The notes beneath the pieces were generated by a model that saw only the letters and a program-made list of their open reading frames with translations, had not been told where the DNA came from and made no database searches. DNA of 63,656 nt, the filler included, from Octopus bimaculoides (Eukaryota): NCBI RefSeq assembly GCF_001194135.2. It is 5 parts of 5 records of this genome, joined end to end, with 100 filler letters (N's around TTAATTAATTAA, not from the genome) between each part and the next. Parts side by side here need not be neighbours in the genome. Positions count along the whole stretch, not along the records: positions 19,697 to 35,144 come from NC_068988.1; positions 35,245 to 44,658 come from NC_068985.1; 3 more parts are not named here. One strand, given 5' to 3'. Positions 25,275 through 37,418 of this stretch are shown piece by piece. The first letter of the stretch is position 1, and each line of letters begins with the position of its first letter. Made by a program: the position numbers and the translations under genes.

Positions 25275-25419
25275 GGTCGTAAACTTCCACATAAGTGGTC
25301 GGGTTTGCCTTTTATCCTATAGGGATCGATAAAATATGTAGCAGTTAAGTACTGGGGTCGATGTAAACGACTAGCCCCTTCCCCTAAAAATGTCAAACCT
25401 TATACTAATAATAGAAAGG

Positions 25420-25464
<45 letters not shown>

Positions 25465-25610
25465 AGGCGGTGAACTGGCAGAATCGTTAGCACGCTTACG
25501 GCATTTTGTCAGTCTTTATGTTCTGAGCTCAAATTCCGCTTTGCCTTCGATGTAATCGATCAGCTCCTTCCCAACAAAACTGCTCGTTCTGTGCCAAAAT
25601 TTAATCCATT
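25275..25610 (+). mobile_element. Two family-B SINE copies separated by (TTA)n
   Basis: aaggcggtgaactggcagaatcgttagcacg at 25464; core and tail at 25290-25420. Confidence 0.75.
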
Positions 25611-25619
25611 ATTATTATT

Positions 25620-25900
25620 ACTAGTACTAGTTGCAGTTATCCTTTCTTTCTCGCAAATATTTTATTGTTGCGTCATCAGTATTCGACTGCACGATACCAA
25701 GTTACATCCCACTAAATTAAGTGACTCACACCTTTCTTATGATTCGTGCAACATCCAAGCAGACATTCTGTAAAATCAAGGATCTCACATCAATATCCGG
25801 CATCTTCAACCAACCATTTAACCGGCTTGCTGCTGTTCCTGAGACTCTCGTTACAATTGAGGTGATGCCGTCGATTCCAAATTCTCTGAAGACCATATTT
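25620..25900 (-). mobile_element. R4/Dong-type LINE 3' fragment
   Basis: Minus-strand translation LQNVCLDVARIIRKV resembles the Dong C-terminus (LQK..LLGTA.ILRKV). Confidence 0.55.
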
Positions 25901-25999
25901 GTTGTTACAGCATTTTATTTTTATTTTACATCACTCCGTTTTTGTACCACTCAAGTATCAAATGAGCACGCTACATCTATTCAATAACACGCTCTTTCT

Positions 26000-26990
26000 T
26001 CTTTATTATGACAATATCTGGGCGTGAATGTTTTATTTGTCTCTCATAACTCGAAAGTCGATTTTTCTACATAGGAGATCATGTAATTCATTGCCTACAT
26101 TCGCTTCAATAGTCACATATTGATAATACAAATTTCTTTTAAGCATATAGAATGCAAAATTCAATAGTTCATTTAAAATATTACAATTTTCTGCCATTCT
26201 TGGAACAGTAATTTAATTTTTTGTTTTTGAATTCACCCAGCACAGGTCTCATAAATTCATTAGCTGCATGAGTATGCGGCATGTGATTCCCTTGCATAAG
26301 ACTTGTCGCTACAAGATGTCATTTGAAAATATAATTTTAATGCACCCCACTGGCTAAAAATTCATTTTACACAATTACGTTTCGCTAACCAACTTGTGTC
26401 TGAAAGGGGAATCAATTTTCACTTGTTCCTCGCTATCGTTGATTAATTTATAGATTTCCAAGCAAAATTCTCTTCGCAATGTTGATCTGTGGAACCAGTT
26501 GTAAGTTTCTCTTCTTAACGGATTGTCAATATTAGAAGGTAATTCTTCACCAACCTGGGAACATGCTAAATGGAGAGAGTGACAAATACATTTTATGAGA
26601 ATCGACTTTGGATTTTCTAATTTCATTAACTTTTACAGAGAATTATTAACGCGGCAAATGTTTGATGTGACGGCTGTTGAAATAGCAAGACAGCTGTAAA
26701 TATTAATTCCCACATCAGTTGAACATTTTTCACAACTTCATGCAAAATTTCAATTGTAGTTTTGGGGGATAAACCCTTCAAAATGTGATACAATTATATT
26801 TTCTCGTTTGCTGAAATATGTAATACCGAAAACATAGGTACTTTTCAGAAGTAGCATCAGCTGATTCGTTCAAAGACAAGGGGAGCTGACAATTTATATC
26901 TTGAATATGTTGTTTCAGTACGAACGAAGAAATGATAATTTTTACAAATGTTGTGAATTATTTTTCTATGCAGTATCAAATTACAAATAA
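26000..26990 (-). mobile_element. Decayed hAT transposase
   Basis: CICHSLHLAC (CxxH motif) in ORF 26375-26626 and SDTSWLA (TRW motif) in a shifted frame. Confidence 0.8.
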
Positions 26991-27220
26991 TTACNNNNNN
27001 NNNNGAGAGAGAGAGAGAGGTATTGGTATCCAGAAGACCCAAGATGGCGGTTAAAGCTATGGAAGTGATACGGGAGGACCATAGTTAGACTCTTGATTCG
27101 ATAATAATACGAGTGAGGAGTCTAATGCGGGTCTTGTGTGAGCATGTATATGTTAAATAAAATGAGACAACAAAACCAAGGCTGTATGGAATTTACAGGA
27201 CATTTATAAAGTGAAACGTG

Positions 27221-27268
27221 GTCTTACAGCTGTTTCTGGGGTGTTAGGGATATCTCTTCATCAGAGAC
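27221..27268 (-). ncRNA. Type I hammerhead ribozyme motif with intact core, in a Penelope-like terminal repeat (about 27100-27770)
   Basis: RC = gtct CTGATGA agagatatccctaacacccca GAAA cagctg TA agac; stem I gtct/agac, palindromic ACAGCTGT, weak stem II. Confidence 0.6.
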
Positions 27269-28099
27269 GATATGAGAAAGTTAACTAGAGGAGAATAGTA
27301 GAGTTCAATATAAAGAGTTATTTGGGAAAAAGATGGATATAGGAAGTATAAAAAGAAATAAGAGAATAAAAATAAAAGTAAAATTGTATGTAGGATGTTA
27401 CAGTTGCAGTTCCGTTATCCAAAGAAAGTGCTCTGTAGAATGGGTAGAAATGCTTCTTGTCCATGGTATGTAGATTCCGATAGGAGTTCATATTTTGTTA
27501 TTACGATTGGATAGTGTGGAGAAATAAATTCCATGTGCTGTTCATTCAAAGGGGTCTTGTGGTGTGAATGAAATTTTGAGAATGTACTGGTAAGAGTAAG
27601 TAGATAGGGAGAAGAGAATAGATTTGTATATTAGAAGGAGAATGGTATTAGTCACTAATTTATGAGTGTGTTTATGTATATGCTTGTGTTTAAGTCAGTT
27701 GTAAGAATAGAGTAAAGAATACTCAATAACTCAAATAGAATAACTTTATCTTTTCCATAAATTTATCTATATTATCATTACTTGAAGTTTTGTCGTTTTG
27801 GGTTTTTTTTTTTTTCCTGAGGAGCAGTCGTAAAATAGTTTATCAAAAAAAAATCTTTAAACGGTAACGGATCTTTCGTTTAGTGGGGCAGGATAGCAAG
27901 TCGTAAACTTTCATGTGATCCAATTACTTACCTCAGGAAGATCAGTCAGGTTTTATTTTCCTATTAAAATTTGCCAGTTAGAATTTTGTTTCATGAATGC
28001 ATATTGGTTTTATCTTTAATATTTGTTCATATTATTTGCTTAGCTTCTAAGCAAATTTAGAAGTGTATTGTTCAGTTTAAGCAATGTATATTGTATCGG

Positions 28100-29290
28100 C
28101 CAGACACTTAACCCGAATGCTTGCAACAAAACAGATTCTGTTAAAGACACCTAAGAAGTCAGGTTGGTAGTGTTAAATCGGGTGACATATCAGTCTACCA
28201 TTCTACATATGAATAAGAATCTAATTTTTTTCTTTAAACACGCTTTTGCACGTTTTCTTTTATATATCATAGTACCTACTGGCTGCTTTATCTGAAAATA
28301 GGTCACCTTTTTCTGCAGATATAATAAAATAGTTTCTTGCTTATATTTTTTTTATGATATTGGAAAAGGATAGATCGTTATTTTTGTACTTTTCATGAGG
28401 CTTTCTATGGCTGAGCGTCACCTGTCTTTGGCACTGAATATCTAGGACATAAACCATGTTTATATTGACGGGAACAAATATTAAGGCCCAATTACTTGAA
28501 TATACTCATAAATTCTGTCCTTTACATATCTCATGAATATCCTCGTGTGGTGTAAGATTGTTAGTCTATTTCTGTATACAACCATATAACTTGAAGTTTT
28601 GAATTTTCTTTTTAGAATAATTCAACTCATATATCTCAGCTCTGTCGTCGTAGCTGTTTATGTTAACATCAAATATGTCACTCATGTATTTCATTTCTAT
28701 GAATTCGTTATTGGAAAATAAATTTTGTAACTAGCATTATTATTTTGATATTATTGCTGTTTGTGATACTGTGTTTCTTTCCGTATTCCATTACCTTTAT
28801 AAAGTGGCCATGGAAATTGACAGAGAGAACTTGGTGATGTCAAATTGAATAAACTTTTGTTCCAAATATTGTTCATTCAGGTAGCCATGGCGATGCTGAT
28901 ATTCCGTTGTGGTTTGTCGGTTTCCTAATTGCATCATTGATGGTGCAGTTAAATTATATTTGGGGTCATTAAGTGTAATGTAAACATGTTGCTTTGATAA
29001 GTGTCTTATCTACCTAATTTTACTTGTGTTACATTTCTTTTTATCATTTATGATTTCATAGTAGGCAATTTTAGAAACAGCAAAGTAGTTAATAGAAGAC
29101 TGTAGATAACCCATTTCTAACAAAACAGCAACAGAAACTCGTCAACCACAAACACATTCGAATTTGGTTCCTGAAAATGCCCAACACGTATTAACAATAT
29201 TGACTACCTTGAAGTAAAGTTTTCAGACAAAAAGCAGTAAGGCAAGGTGGAAGAGAAATGGCGTTATCCGAATTAGTTAATAAGAGAGGA
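28100..29290 (-). mobile_element. Highly decayed LINE endonuclease-region remnant (CR1/Jockey-like)
   Basis: Residual APE-like segments on the minus strand; no long ORF. Confidence 0.35.
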
Positions 29291-29342
29291 AGAAAATCGT
29301 TTTACATACATACATAAATAAATATATGCGTACGTGCGTGCG

Positions 29343-29357
29343 TTTGTGTGTGTTTGT

Positions 29358-29452
<95 letters not shown>

Positions 29453-29878
29453 TGTGTGTGCGTAAAACATTTAATAACAGTTTGATTCAGTTCCATATAA
29501 CTTAAAGATTCGTAGTCTTGCCAAACGAATCTATTTAATCAGACTCGTAGAAACCAAATGAGTCAAGCCGATATGGTTTCTGGATGTTGAGCCACTGTTG
29601 ATCAGCATAATGTTATCAATTTGGTAACATCAGTTCAGAGTGTATTCAATCTGTACCCCTGGGATCACGTTCTGGGACAGGCTGTTGGTGGCGACTTTCA
29701 ACCTAGAATGTAGAGTGGGATTTGTTAACGAAATCAGTGTGTTGGTGTGTGTGCGTATGTGTGTACATGAGTGATTGTGTACTTTTAGTACGTGTGCGTA
29801 TATATATTCTGCGCTGCATCTGGTAAGGGTAGGTGTGTATCTTTTGTGCACAAGACTATGCGTGTGTGTTTGGGTTTG

Positions 29879-29915
<37 letters not shown>

Positions 29916-29955
29916 GTGTGTGTGTGTGTGTNNNNNNNNNNTGTGTGTGTGTGTG

Positions 29956-29993
<38 letters not shown>
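29343..29993. repeat. (TG)n microsatellite clusters with a short RTE fragment at about 29815-29880
   Basis: Direct inspection; 29815-29880 is the reverse complement of 32792-32855. Confidence 0.85.
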
Positions 29994-29997
<4 letters not shown>

Positions 29998-30239
29998 AGT
30001 ACGTTAGTTCGTTGATGTGTGTCCCTGATGTGAGTGCATATATCTGATATGTCTACGTTTATATCTGCTCTGTGTCTGTTGAGAGAACTCAAACATATTC
30101 TTCAGGCGCAAACCACATATCATAACGTACTAACAAATTGAATAAATGAAAGAAACGTGATGAAGCTGAAAAAGCAACATATAGAAAACGCAGAAAGTAA
30201 ACAACGGAAAACGAAACTAAAGTGTCAAAAGGTAAAAAG

Positions 30240-31790
30240 TGCTATCCTCCTTAGGCCTTAATTGATAAAGCTGGAAATATATCAAATCAGTCAGGAATAG
30301 GCGGAATTTTCCAGTTCTTCAGCATATATCTGAAGATATATTTATACATATGCATGCAACCACTGAAAATTTCGAACCTGGAGTTCAATAGAGAGTTAGG
30401 GATCTACATTTATTCGATCCATTAACATATGGTATGGATTTCTCAATTACTTTCCATTTAATAACATGCGGTGTTTCGTTATCCTTCAAAGTCCACACGT
30501 AGCTAGCCAAGTCAGTAGCTTTACTTTTATCCCTATATCGGAAGGAGGCTATGTGATTGGCATAGCGATTTTTAAATTCTACTTCACATAATCCAGTGTA
30601 GGTCTTCATATCAGTTGTATTATTATTTAGAGTTACAGAAACTTCTGCCTCATATTTTATATTGTTGGTCAAGTGGACAGGATCCTGGGTCGTGACAGTT
30701 GCAGCTGGATTCGAGTTCTTGGTGTTGACTACATGTAACGATACTCTTCATATTTGGGCAAAGGAAGCTATATGAAGCTGGATTGCCTGCATGGATAATT
30801 CTGCGGTCTGTATGGGTAGCGGAAGTTATGTTACTGCTACCGTGTATGAGCAATCTGGCCTAAGGTCGTATATCTGGATTGCCAGCAGCCAGGGACTTGA
30901 AGTTCACTAGCATGGCATACCTCTGGCGGTAAGGTTAAAGTAATTCGTTTTTCCTGTTGATGACTACGTCAAATTAGTAGTGAACATCTAGTTGTTTGCG
31001 GAAGTAAAGTTGGCAATTGCAAGTCCTGAGTAAGTAAGTTGGGCCCCAATCAATGATACTCCACTCGATGTTGGGAGAATTGTTCCGATGATGGCGAAGT
31101 CTCCAAATAACGGGAGAAGGAGGTAGAGTTTTTCCATCCCTACATCTGAAAGCGCGCATATGCTGTGTATACTTTCAGTTTAAGCCACTGGCCGTCATGA
31201 CCTTGTACTGTCTTTGGATGCTATCGGTTGATGTAAGTGTGGCTTTATACACCAAAGACCTTGATAGGTAGGATCCTCACTGAACGCAGTTTTACAGGGT
31301 TTCAGTAGTTACAGTTTGGTATGTAGATGGGAGGCTGTGCAGGAACGTGCTTGCATCTATTGTAGCGTGCGATGATAGAAGTGATGTTGTCTAAGGAGGA
31401 GTAACCTACTTAAACATCGTGAGGTTGAAAAGCATATAGTACTTATGACCTATAGAGAAATGCACCTTGGTCAACGACAGTGTGCTTCTATCTAATATTG
31501 GCTGAAAATTCTAGGTTAAATGAAGAGTTAAACCAGATTATGTTTTTTCTCTCTCGTTCTTTTACGGTGCCGGTTGTGTTTTGGGATGTAGTGGCATCCA
31601 TATATGTTAACTTTTTAGCAAACCAAAATCCAGAGGCTGTCCTGGACTTCTCTCATCCAGTCTCCATAAAGCTAACGAGATAGGCGCGTTTGACGAACGT
31701 ACGAGACTTTAGGTTGTGTGGGGCCGATTCAAACCGTTATTAAATAATAAAAGTATCTCCAACCAAATGTGGTGAGTGCCACGTTCGATT
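30240..31790 (-). mobile_element. Penelope-like retroelement remnant with two GIY-YIG segments in tandem
   Basis: CNCHDPGSCPLD followed by IKYEAEV...KTYTGLCEVEFKNRYANH...WKVIEKSIPY..GSNKC (30385-30672); a second copy VYKATLT...IEWSII..TY...CNCQL lies at about 30974-31260. Confidence 0.85.
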
Positions 31791-31821
31791 GTCCACTCAA
31801 TCGTGTATATATAAATACATA

Positions 31822-31854
<33 letters not shown>

Positions 31855-32791
31855 TATGTATATATNNNNNNNNNNNNNNNNNNNNNNNNNNNNNNNNNNN
31901 NNNNNNNNNNNNNNNNNNNNNNNNNNNNNNNNNNNNNNNNNNNNNNNNNNNNNNNNNNNNNNNNNNNNNNNNNNNNNNNNNNNNNNNNNNNNNNNNNNNN
32001 NNNNNNNNNNNNNNNNNNNNNNNNNNNNNNNNNNNNNNNNNNNNNNNNNNNNNNNNNNNNNNNNNNNNNNNNNNNNNNNNNNNNNNNNNNNNNNNNNNNN
32101 NNNNNNNNNNNNNNNNNNNNNNNNNNNNNNNNNNNNNNNNNNNNNNNNNNNNNNNNNNNNNNNNNNNNNNNNNNNNNNNNNNNNNNNNNNNNNNNNNNNN
32201 NNNNNNNNNNNNNNNNNNNNNNNNNNNNNNNNNNNNNNNNNNNNNNNNNNNNNNNNNNNNNNNNNNNNNNNNNNNNNNNNNNNNNNNNNNNNNNNNNNNN
32301 NNNNNNNNNNNNNNNNNNNNNNNNNNNNNNNNNNNNNNNNNNNNNNNNNNNNNNNNNNNNNNNNNNNNNNNNNNNNNNNNNNNNNNNNNNNNNNNNNNNN
32401 NNNNNNNNNNNNNNNNNNNNNNNNNNNNNNNNNNNNNNNNNNNNNNNNNNNNNNNNNNNNNNNNNNNNNNNNNNNNNNNNNNNNNNNNNNNNNNNNNNNN
32501 NNNNNNNNNNNNNNNNNNNNNNNNNNNNNNNNNNNNNNNNNNNNNNNNNNNNNNNNNNNNNNNNNNNNNNNNNNNNNNNNNNNNNNNNNNNNNNNNNNNN
32601 NNNNNNNNNNNNNNNNNNNNNNNNNNNNNNNNNNNNNNNNNNNNNNNNNNNNNNNNNNNNNNNNNNNNNNNNNNNNNNNNNNNNNNNNNNNNNNNNNNNN
32701 NNNNNNNNNNNNNNNNNNNNNNNNNNNNNNNNNNNNNNNNNNNNNNNNNNNNNNNNNNNNNNNNNNNNNNNNNNNNNNNNNNNNNNNNNNN

Positions 32792-33600
32792 CAAACACAA
32801 ACACACACGCACAGTCTTGTGCACAGAAGATACACACCTACCCTTACCAGATAGCGGTATTTACCTGCAGACAAAAATCAGTGTCTATAAAGCGTGTGTA
32901 TTGTCTGCACGTCTTTGTGAAACATGGACCACTTTCAAGCGTCACATAAAAATGCTGGAGAGATTTCATCAAAAGTGCTTCAGACCTATTTTAGGAGTCA
33001 AGTGGGAATGTTTCATACCAGATACAGAGGTTTTGCTCATGGCACGTTGCAGCCCAATTGAACATAATATCTTGGCTCAAATGAGATTAACTGGACATGT
33101 TATTAGAATGAAAGACGAGCGTTTGCCAAAGCATCTTTTTATGGTGAGCTCAACTCTGGTAAGCAACAGCATGAACCGAGGAAAAGGTATAAAGACTGTA
33201 TAAACGAAAACCTGAAGAGACTAGATATGGACAAAAGTGATTGGGAAAATGATGCTTTAGATCGGAACAAGTGGAGAGGACTGGTTGTAAGGCCTGGAGG
33301 GAAAAGATGATTCAGCACTCTGAGCTTAAAAGGACCTGTCGCAAAGGAACAATTAGAACTGTAATCAACAGTGAACTTTGTGTGTGTGTTGTATGTGATC
33401 GTGTTCTGTTGTCAAAAGCAGGATACGTGAACCGTATGAAGTCACATGAAAATCGAAATGCCCAGATAGGTAATGATCTTGGAAGCCAACGACCTCTTAC
33501 AACTTGCGTCATATGTCAAAAAACTTGTAAGACATTATCTGGTCTTAAAAGACAAATGCTAGTTCACAAAAATATTCCTTCAAAATCAGATTCCAAAGGA
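32792..33600 (+). mobile_element. RTE (BovB-like) LINE 3' portion, frameshifted
   Basis: CETWTTFKRHIKMLERFHQKCFRPILGVKW...GHVIRMKDERLPK and C-terminal CxxC zinc-finger-like segments. Confidence 0.9.
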
Positions 33601-34672
33601 CAAAGATATAGAAGACACTTGAATAATATCTGTCACGTGTTTAAAACCCTGTCAGACCCTTATAGTTTGTTTTCTAACCTCATCTTCAGGATATGGAGTA
33701 GTTTTGTGTTCTCTACCGCCCTTTTTATTGTAGTCTTCTATTATTTAAACAGATTTCACCGCCAAAACTTGACCGCTACAGTATTTGAGCCGTACGACAT
33801 CGGAGTTGCATCTGTGATGAGTATATATTTTACATCAATTATAACCTTATGATGTGATACTCGTAATTCTTCCATAGTAAGTTTCTGTGGGAATTCTATA
33901 AAGTATGGAAGCATTTTCAATTAATGTTTTCTTATCTAGTTTTCTTTTGTGATGTAGAATGTAGTGTGTTGAAATTACACCTCGTTTTAAAGGCATGATA
34001 AGCGTATGAGATTTTTTGTGCTTCCATAACCAATATAACAGTTGGAATCATGACGGTCGCAACTTTTTAGCTATATTGTAAAATTCGTAAGTTCATTTTT
34101 CATTCTAAGTTGTTTTCTTAGATTTACACACCTGCAGTGAGCTGTTAATGAGGTTTTACATTTCATTCTTTTTCAAATATATTACTTGTGTCAGGTTGTA
34201 GTTTGCTGTATGTGTGTGTGTATGTATGTGTATGTGTGTGTGTGTCTGTGTATGGTTGTGTGCCTGTGTCTTGGTGTGTGTGTGTGTGTCAGTCTCTGTT
34301 TCGGTGTGTGTATATATATCGATCTAAATTTTCACATCTGTGTGGTTATGAGAGAATAGAACAACCGGGCGCAGCTGTTTGGTTACTGATGGTCTGGCAC
34401 AGCTCATTGAGTATTCAGGATGTTTCAGCGACAGTCCTTGTTGGCACTGGAGGCAGACATACACACATGCGCACGCACGCACACACACACACACATGCAC
34501 ACACATGAACGCACATAGTCATTCGCGCAGCGTACGAGCGTGCAGAGATATGCGCATACAGATAGAGCGACTGTGAAAGAGAAATTATAATTAATTGATT
34601 GAACACAATTCACATAAACATTTTCCTTTCTCTTCACACACACAAAGGGAAATATGCTCATATTCACGAAGA

Positions 34673-34679
<7 letters not shown>

Positions 34680-34703
<24 letters not shown>

Positions 34704-34708
34704 AAGGA

Positions 34709-34756
<48 letters not shown>

Positions 34757-34757
34757 A
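34680..34757. repeat. (GAAA)n microsatellite
   Basis: Direct inspection. Confidence 0.95.
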
Positions 34758-35301
34758 ATTGAGACATAGCAATTTATCAATGGAATTCGATTAGCGTCAT
34801 CAGATGCCCCTCTCCTTCATATGGAGATATGATCACACGCATAAGCATAGAGAAAGGGTTGCAGAGGAAGATGAAGGGAGATAGAAGGAGGGAGAATGTA
34901 GGAAAAATAGAAAGACAAACAAGGAGAGAACGAAACAGGCATTAAAACGTCCGAAGCCAAATAAGCCAATGTTGAATCAGCGACGCCGGATAGGGAGCGG
35001 CAAAACGGTTATACCGAAACTTTTCATACCCTGATTGAGCAGAAAAACCTTAAACAAGTAATAAAGGTATACCCACTTTGAGCTCTAAATATATTTTAAC
35101 ACGTTCTAAAACTTTGTCATTTTTACCCAATCTCCTTCACTCGTNNNNNNNNNNNNNNNNNNNNNNNNNNNNNNNNNNNNNNNNNNNNTTAATTAATTAA
35201 NNNNNNNNNNNNNNNNNNNNNNNNNNNNNNNNNNNNNNNNNNNNATATATAATCATAAATATACAGGGATTAGCAGGAGCCTGCTTCTCCAACATACTGA
35301 G

Positions 35302-36051
35302 AATTCAGAAATAGCAGTCAAAGAACTACTGATTCCAAACTACAAATTTTTTCTCTAACGGATGGCGATATTTATGGCACGGGCCCCTACTTTTGGTGAC
35401 CGCAGCCACTTCCTCAAGACCTGGTCCCCGCGCCGCAGCAACCATGGCGAGGGGGATCCCGAGGCGCCGGTGTATTAAGGTGGAGCAGTGCCACCCGTCG
35501 AGGCATGAAGTATCCCAGTCGACACGACAGGAGAATATGGGCGTGGCAAAAGAGTCATCCACACCAAGACGCCGGCGTATTATAGGCGATGTTAATTATT
35601 AATTTTATTACTAATTGACGATTCCCTGCCCTATATATTTTATAGTAATGCCTCTAAGTTGGATGGTTAAACCGCAACCCGCCATACGGGACTTTTTTCT
35701 ATATGGGACTATTTATGACACACATAGAATAGATTCATTGAGGTGAGGTGTTTTAAACTCACTAGCCGATAAATTTCTTAGTGTCTGCCTCACGTGGTCT
35801 TGATGTCGCATGGTCAAAATTCACATGAGTTATTAGACACTTACAAATTTATTCGAATATTGAGGCTGAAGATCAGAATAGGGAACTTCATACCCTTAAC
35901 CGTGAAACGTCGTACCCAATTAACTAAAGGCAGGTTTGTTTTTACTCTTCTCTTCTGTTTTCTGTTCTGTGTATGCCATAAATATCGCCATCCGTTAGAG
36001 AAAAAATTTGTAGTTTGGAATCAGTAGTTCTTTGACTGCTATTTCTGAATT
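35302..36051. repeat. Perfect 78-bp inverted repeat (35302-35379 / 35974-36051) enclosing a CpG-rich island
   Basis: The arms are identical by eye; the peptide CHKYRHPLEKKFVVWNQ appears on both strands of the ORF track. Confidence 0.85.
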
Positions 36052-36428
36052 NNNNNNNNNNNNNNNNNNNNNNNNNNNNNNNNNNNNNNNNNNNNNNNNN
36101 NNNNNNNNNNNNNNNNNNNNNNNNNNNNNNNNNNNNNNNNNNNNNNNNNNNNNNNNNNNNNNNNNNNNNNNNNNNNNNNNNNNNNNNNNNNNNNNNNNNN
36201 NNNNNNNNNNNNNNNNNNNNNNNNNNNNNNNNNNNNNNNNNNNNNNNNNNNNNNNNNNNNNNNNNNNNNNNNNNNNNNNNNNNNNNNNNNNNNNNNNNNN
36301 NNNNNNNNNNNNNNNNNNNNNNNNNNNNNNNNNNNNNNNNNNNNNNNNNNNNNNNNNNNNNNNNNNNNNNNNNNNNNNNNNNNNNNNNNNNNNNNNNNNN
36401 NNNNNNNNNNNNNNNNNNNNNNNNNNNN

Positions 36429-36465
<37 letters not shown>

Positions 36466-37022
36466 TCAATGTGGGTCTTTGTTTCTGTGTTTTTTCAACT
36501 CTCACTGCTTGACAACTGATGTTGGTTTGTTTATGTCCATGTTACTTAGTGATTCAGCAAAAGAGGCTGATAGATTAAGTACTGGACTTCAAAAAAAAAA
36601 AAAATAGAAACACACAAGTACTGGGGTTGATTCATTTGACTAAAAACCCTTCAAGGTGGTGCCCCACCACCTGGCTTGGCTGCAGTCCAATATCTAAAAA
36701 ATATAACTGACAACAAGTAAAAGATAAAAGGCAACAGACAGCCATTCCTCAACAAAACTATTTATTGATAGTTATCAGAACACTAAAAATAAATAAAATA
36801 AATAAAGTACTTTATTATTGTTTAAACAATAAGACACTAATTGAAAGAAATGACTCATGATTTATGCCGGATTTCTTTGTGTATTTGTTGCTTTCTCTCT
36901 TTTACTATATGTGTGACAGTGTGTTATCATTCACAGAAAATACATTTTTATTATTTTATCAATTGTATTATATCTGACAAACTGTGAAACAAACCCTACA
37001 TATTAGTTACAATTCCGTCACC

Positions 37023-37418
37023 ATCATCATCATCATCATCATCATCATTATTTAATGGTCGTTCTCCGTGCTGGCATGAGTTAGATGGTTTGACAAGAGC
37101 TGGTTTAACAAGAGCTGGTTTGACAAGAGCTGGTTTGACAAGAGCTGGTTTGACAAGAGCTGGTTTGACAAGAGCTGATTTGACAAGAGCTGGTTTGACA
37201 AGATGGTTTGACAAGATGGTTTGACAAGAGATGGTTTAACAAGAGATGGTTTGACAAGAGATGGTTTGACAAGAGATGGTTTGACAAGACATAGTTTGAC
37301 AAGAGATGGTTTGACAAGACATAGTTTGACAAGATGGCTTGACAAGAGATGGTTTGACAAGACATAGTTTGACAAGAGATGGTTTAACAAAAGATGGATT
37401 GACAAGAGATGGTTTAAC
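37023..37418. repeat. 15-bp minisatellite (GGTTTGACAAGAG[C/A]T) of about 22 units attached to an RTE-type 3' tail
   Basis: Direct inspection; 37023-37100 is homologous to 38400-38470. Confidence 0.9.

Noticed and set aside
27040-27050. CAAGATGGCGG YY1-like motif
   Set aside because: Single short motif next to a gap and repeat, with no promoter context
27932-27960. 29-nt segment with a perfect AG|GTAAGT donor and a plausible acceptor on the minus strand
   Set aside because: Stop codons in all three frames; it could only be non-coding and there is no further support
31709-32949. Longest ORFs in the track (also 43109-44027, 55004-55845, 59531-60692)
   Set aside because: They are open only because N runs contain no stops
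34340-34460. + strand peptide YSGCFSDSPCW resembling a LamG-EGF junction
   Set aside because: Opposite strand to the LamG exon and no convincing splice sites
36996-37405. KPALV / SCQT / NHLLS repeat proteins
   Set aside because: Frames of a 15-bp minisatellite derived from a retroelement tail; not CRISPR either, as there are no spacers
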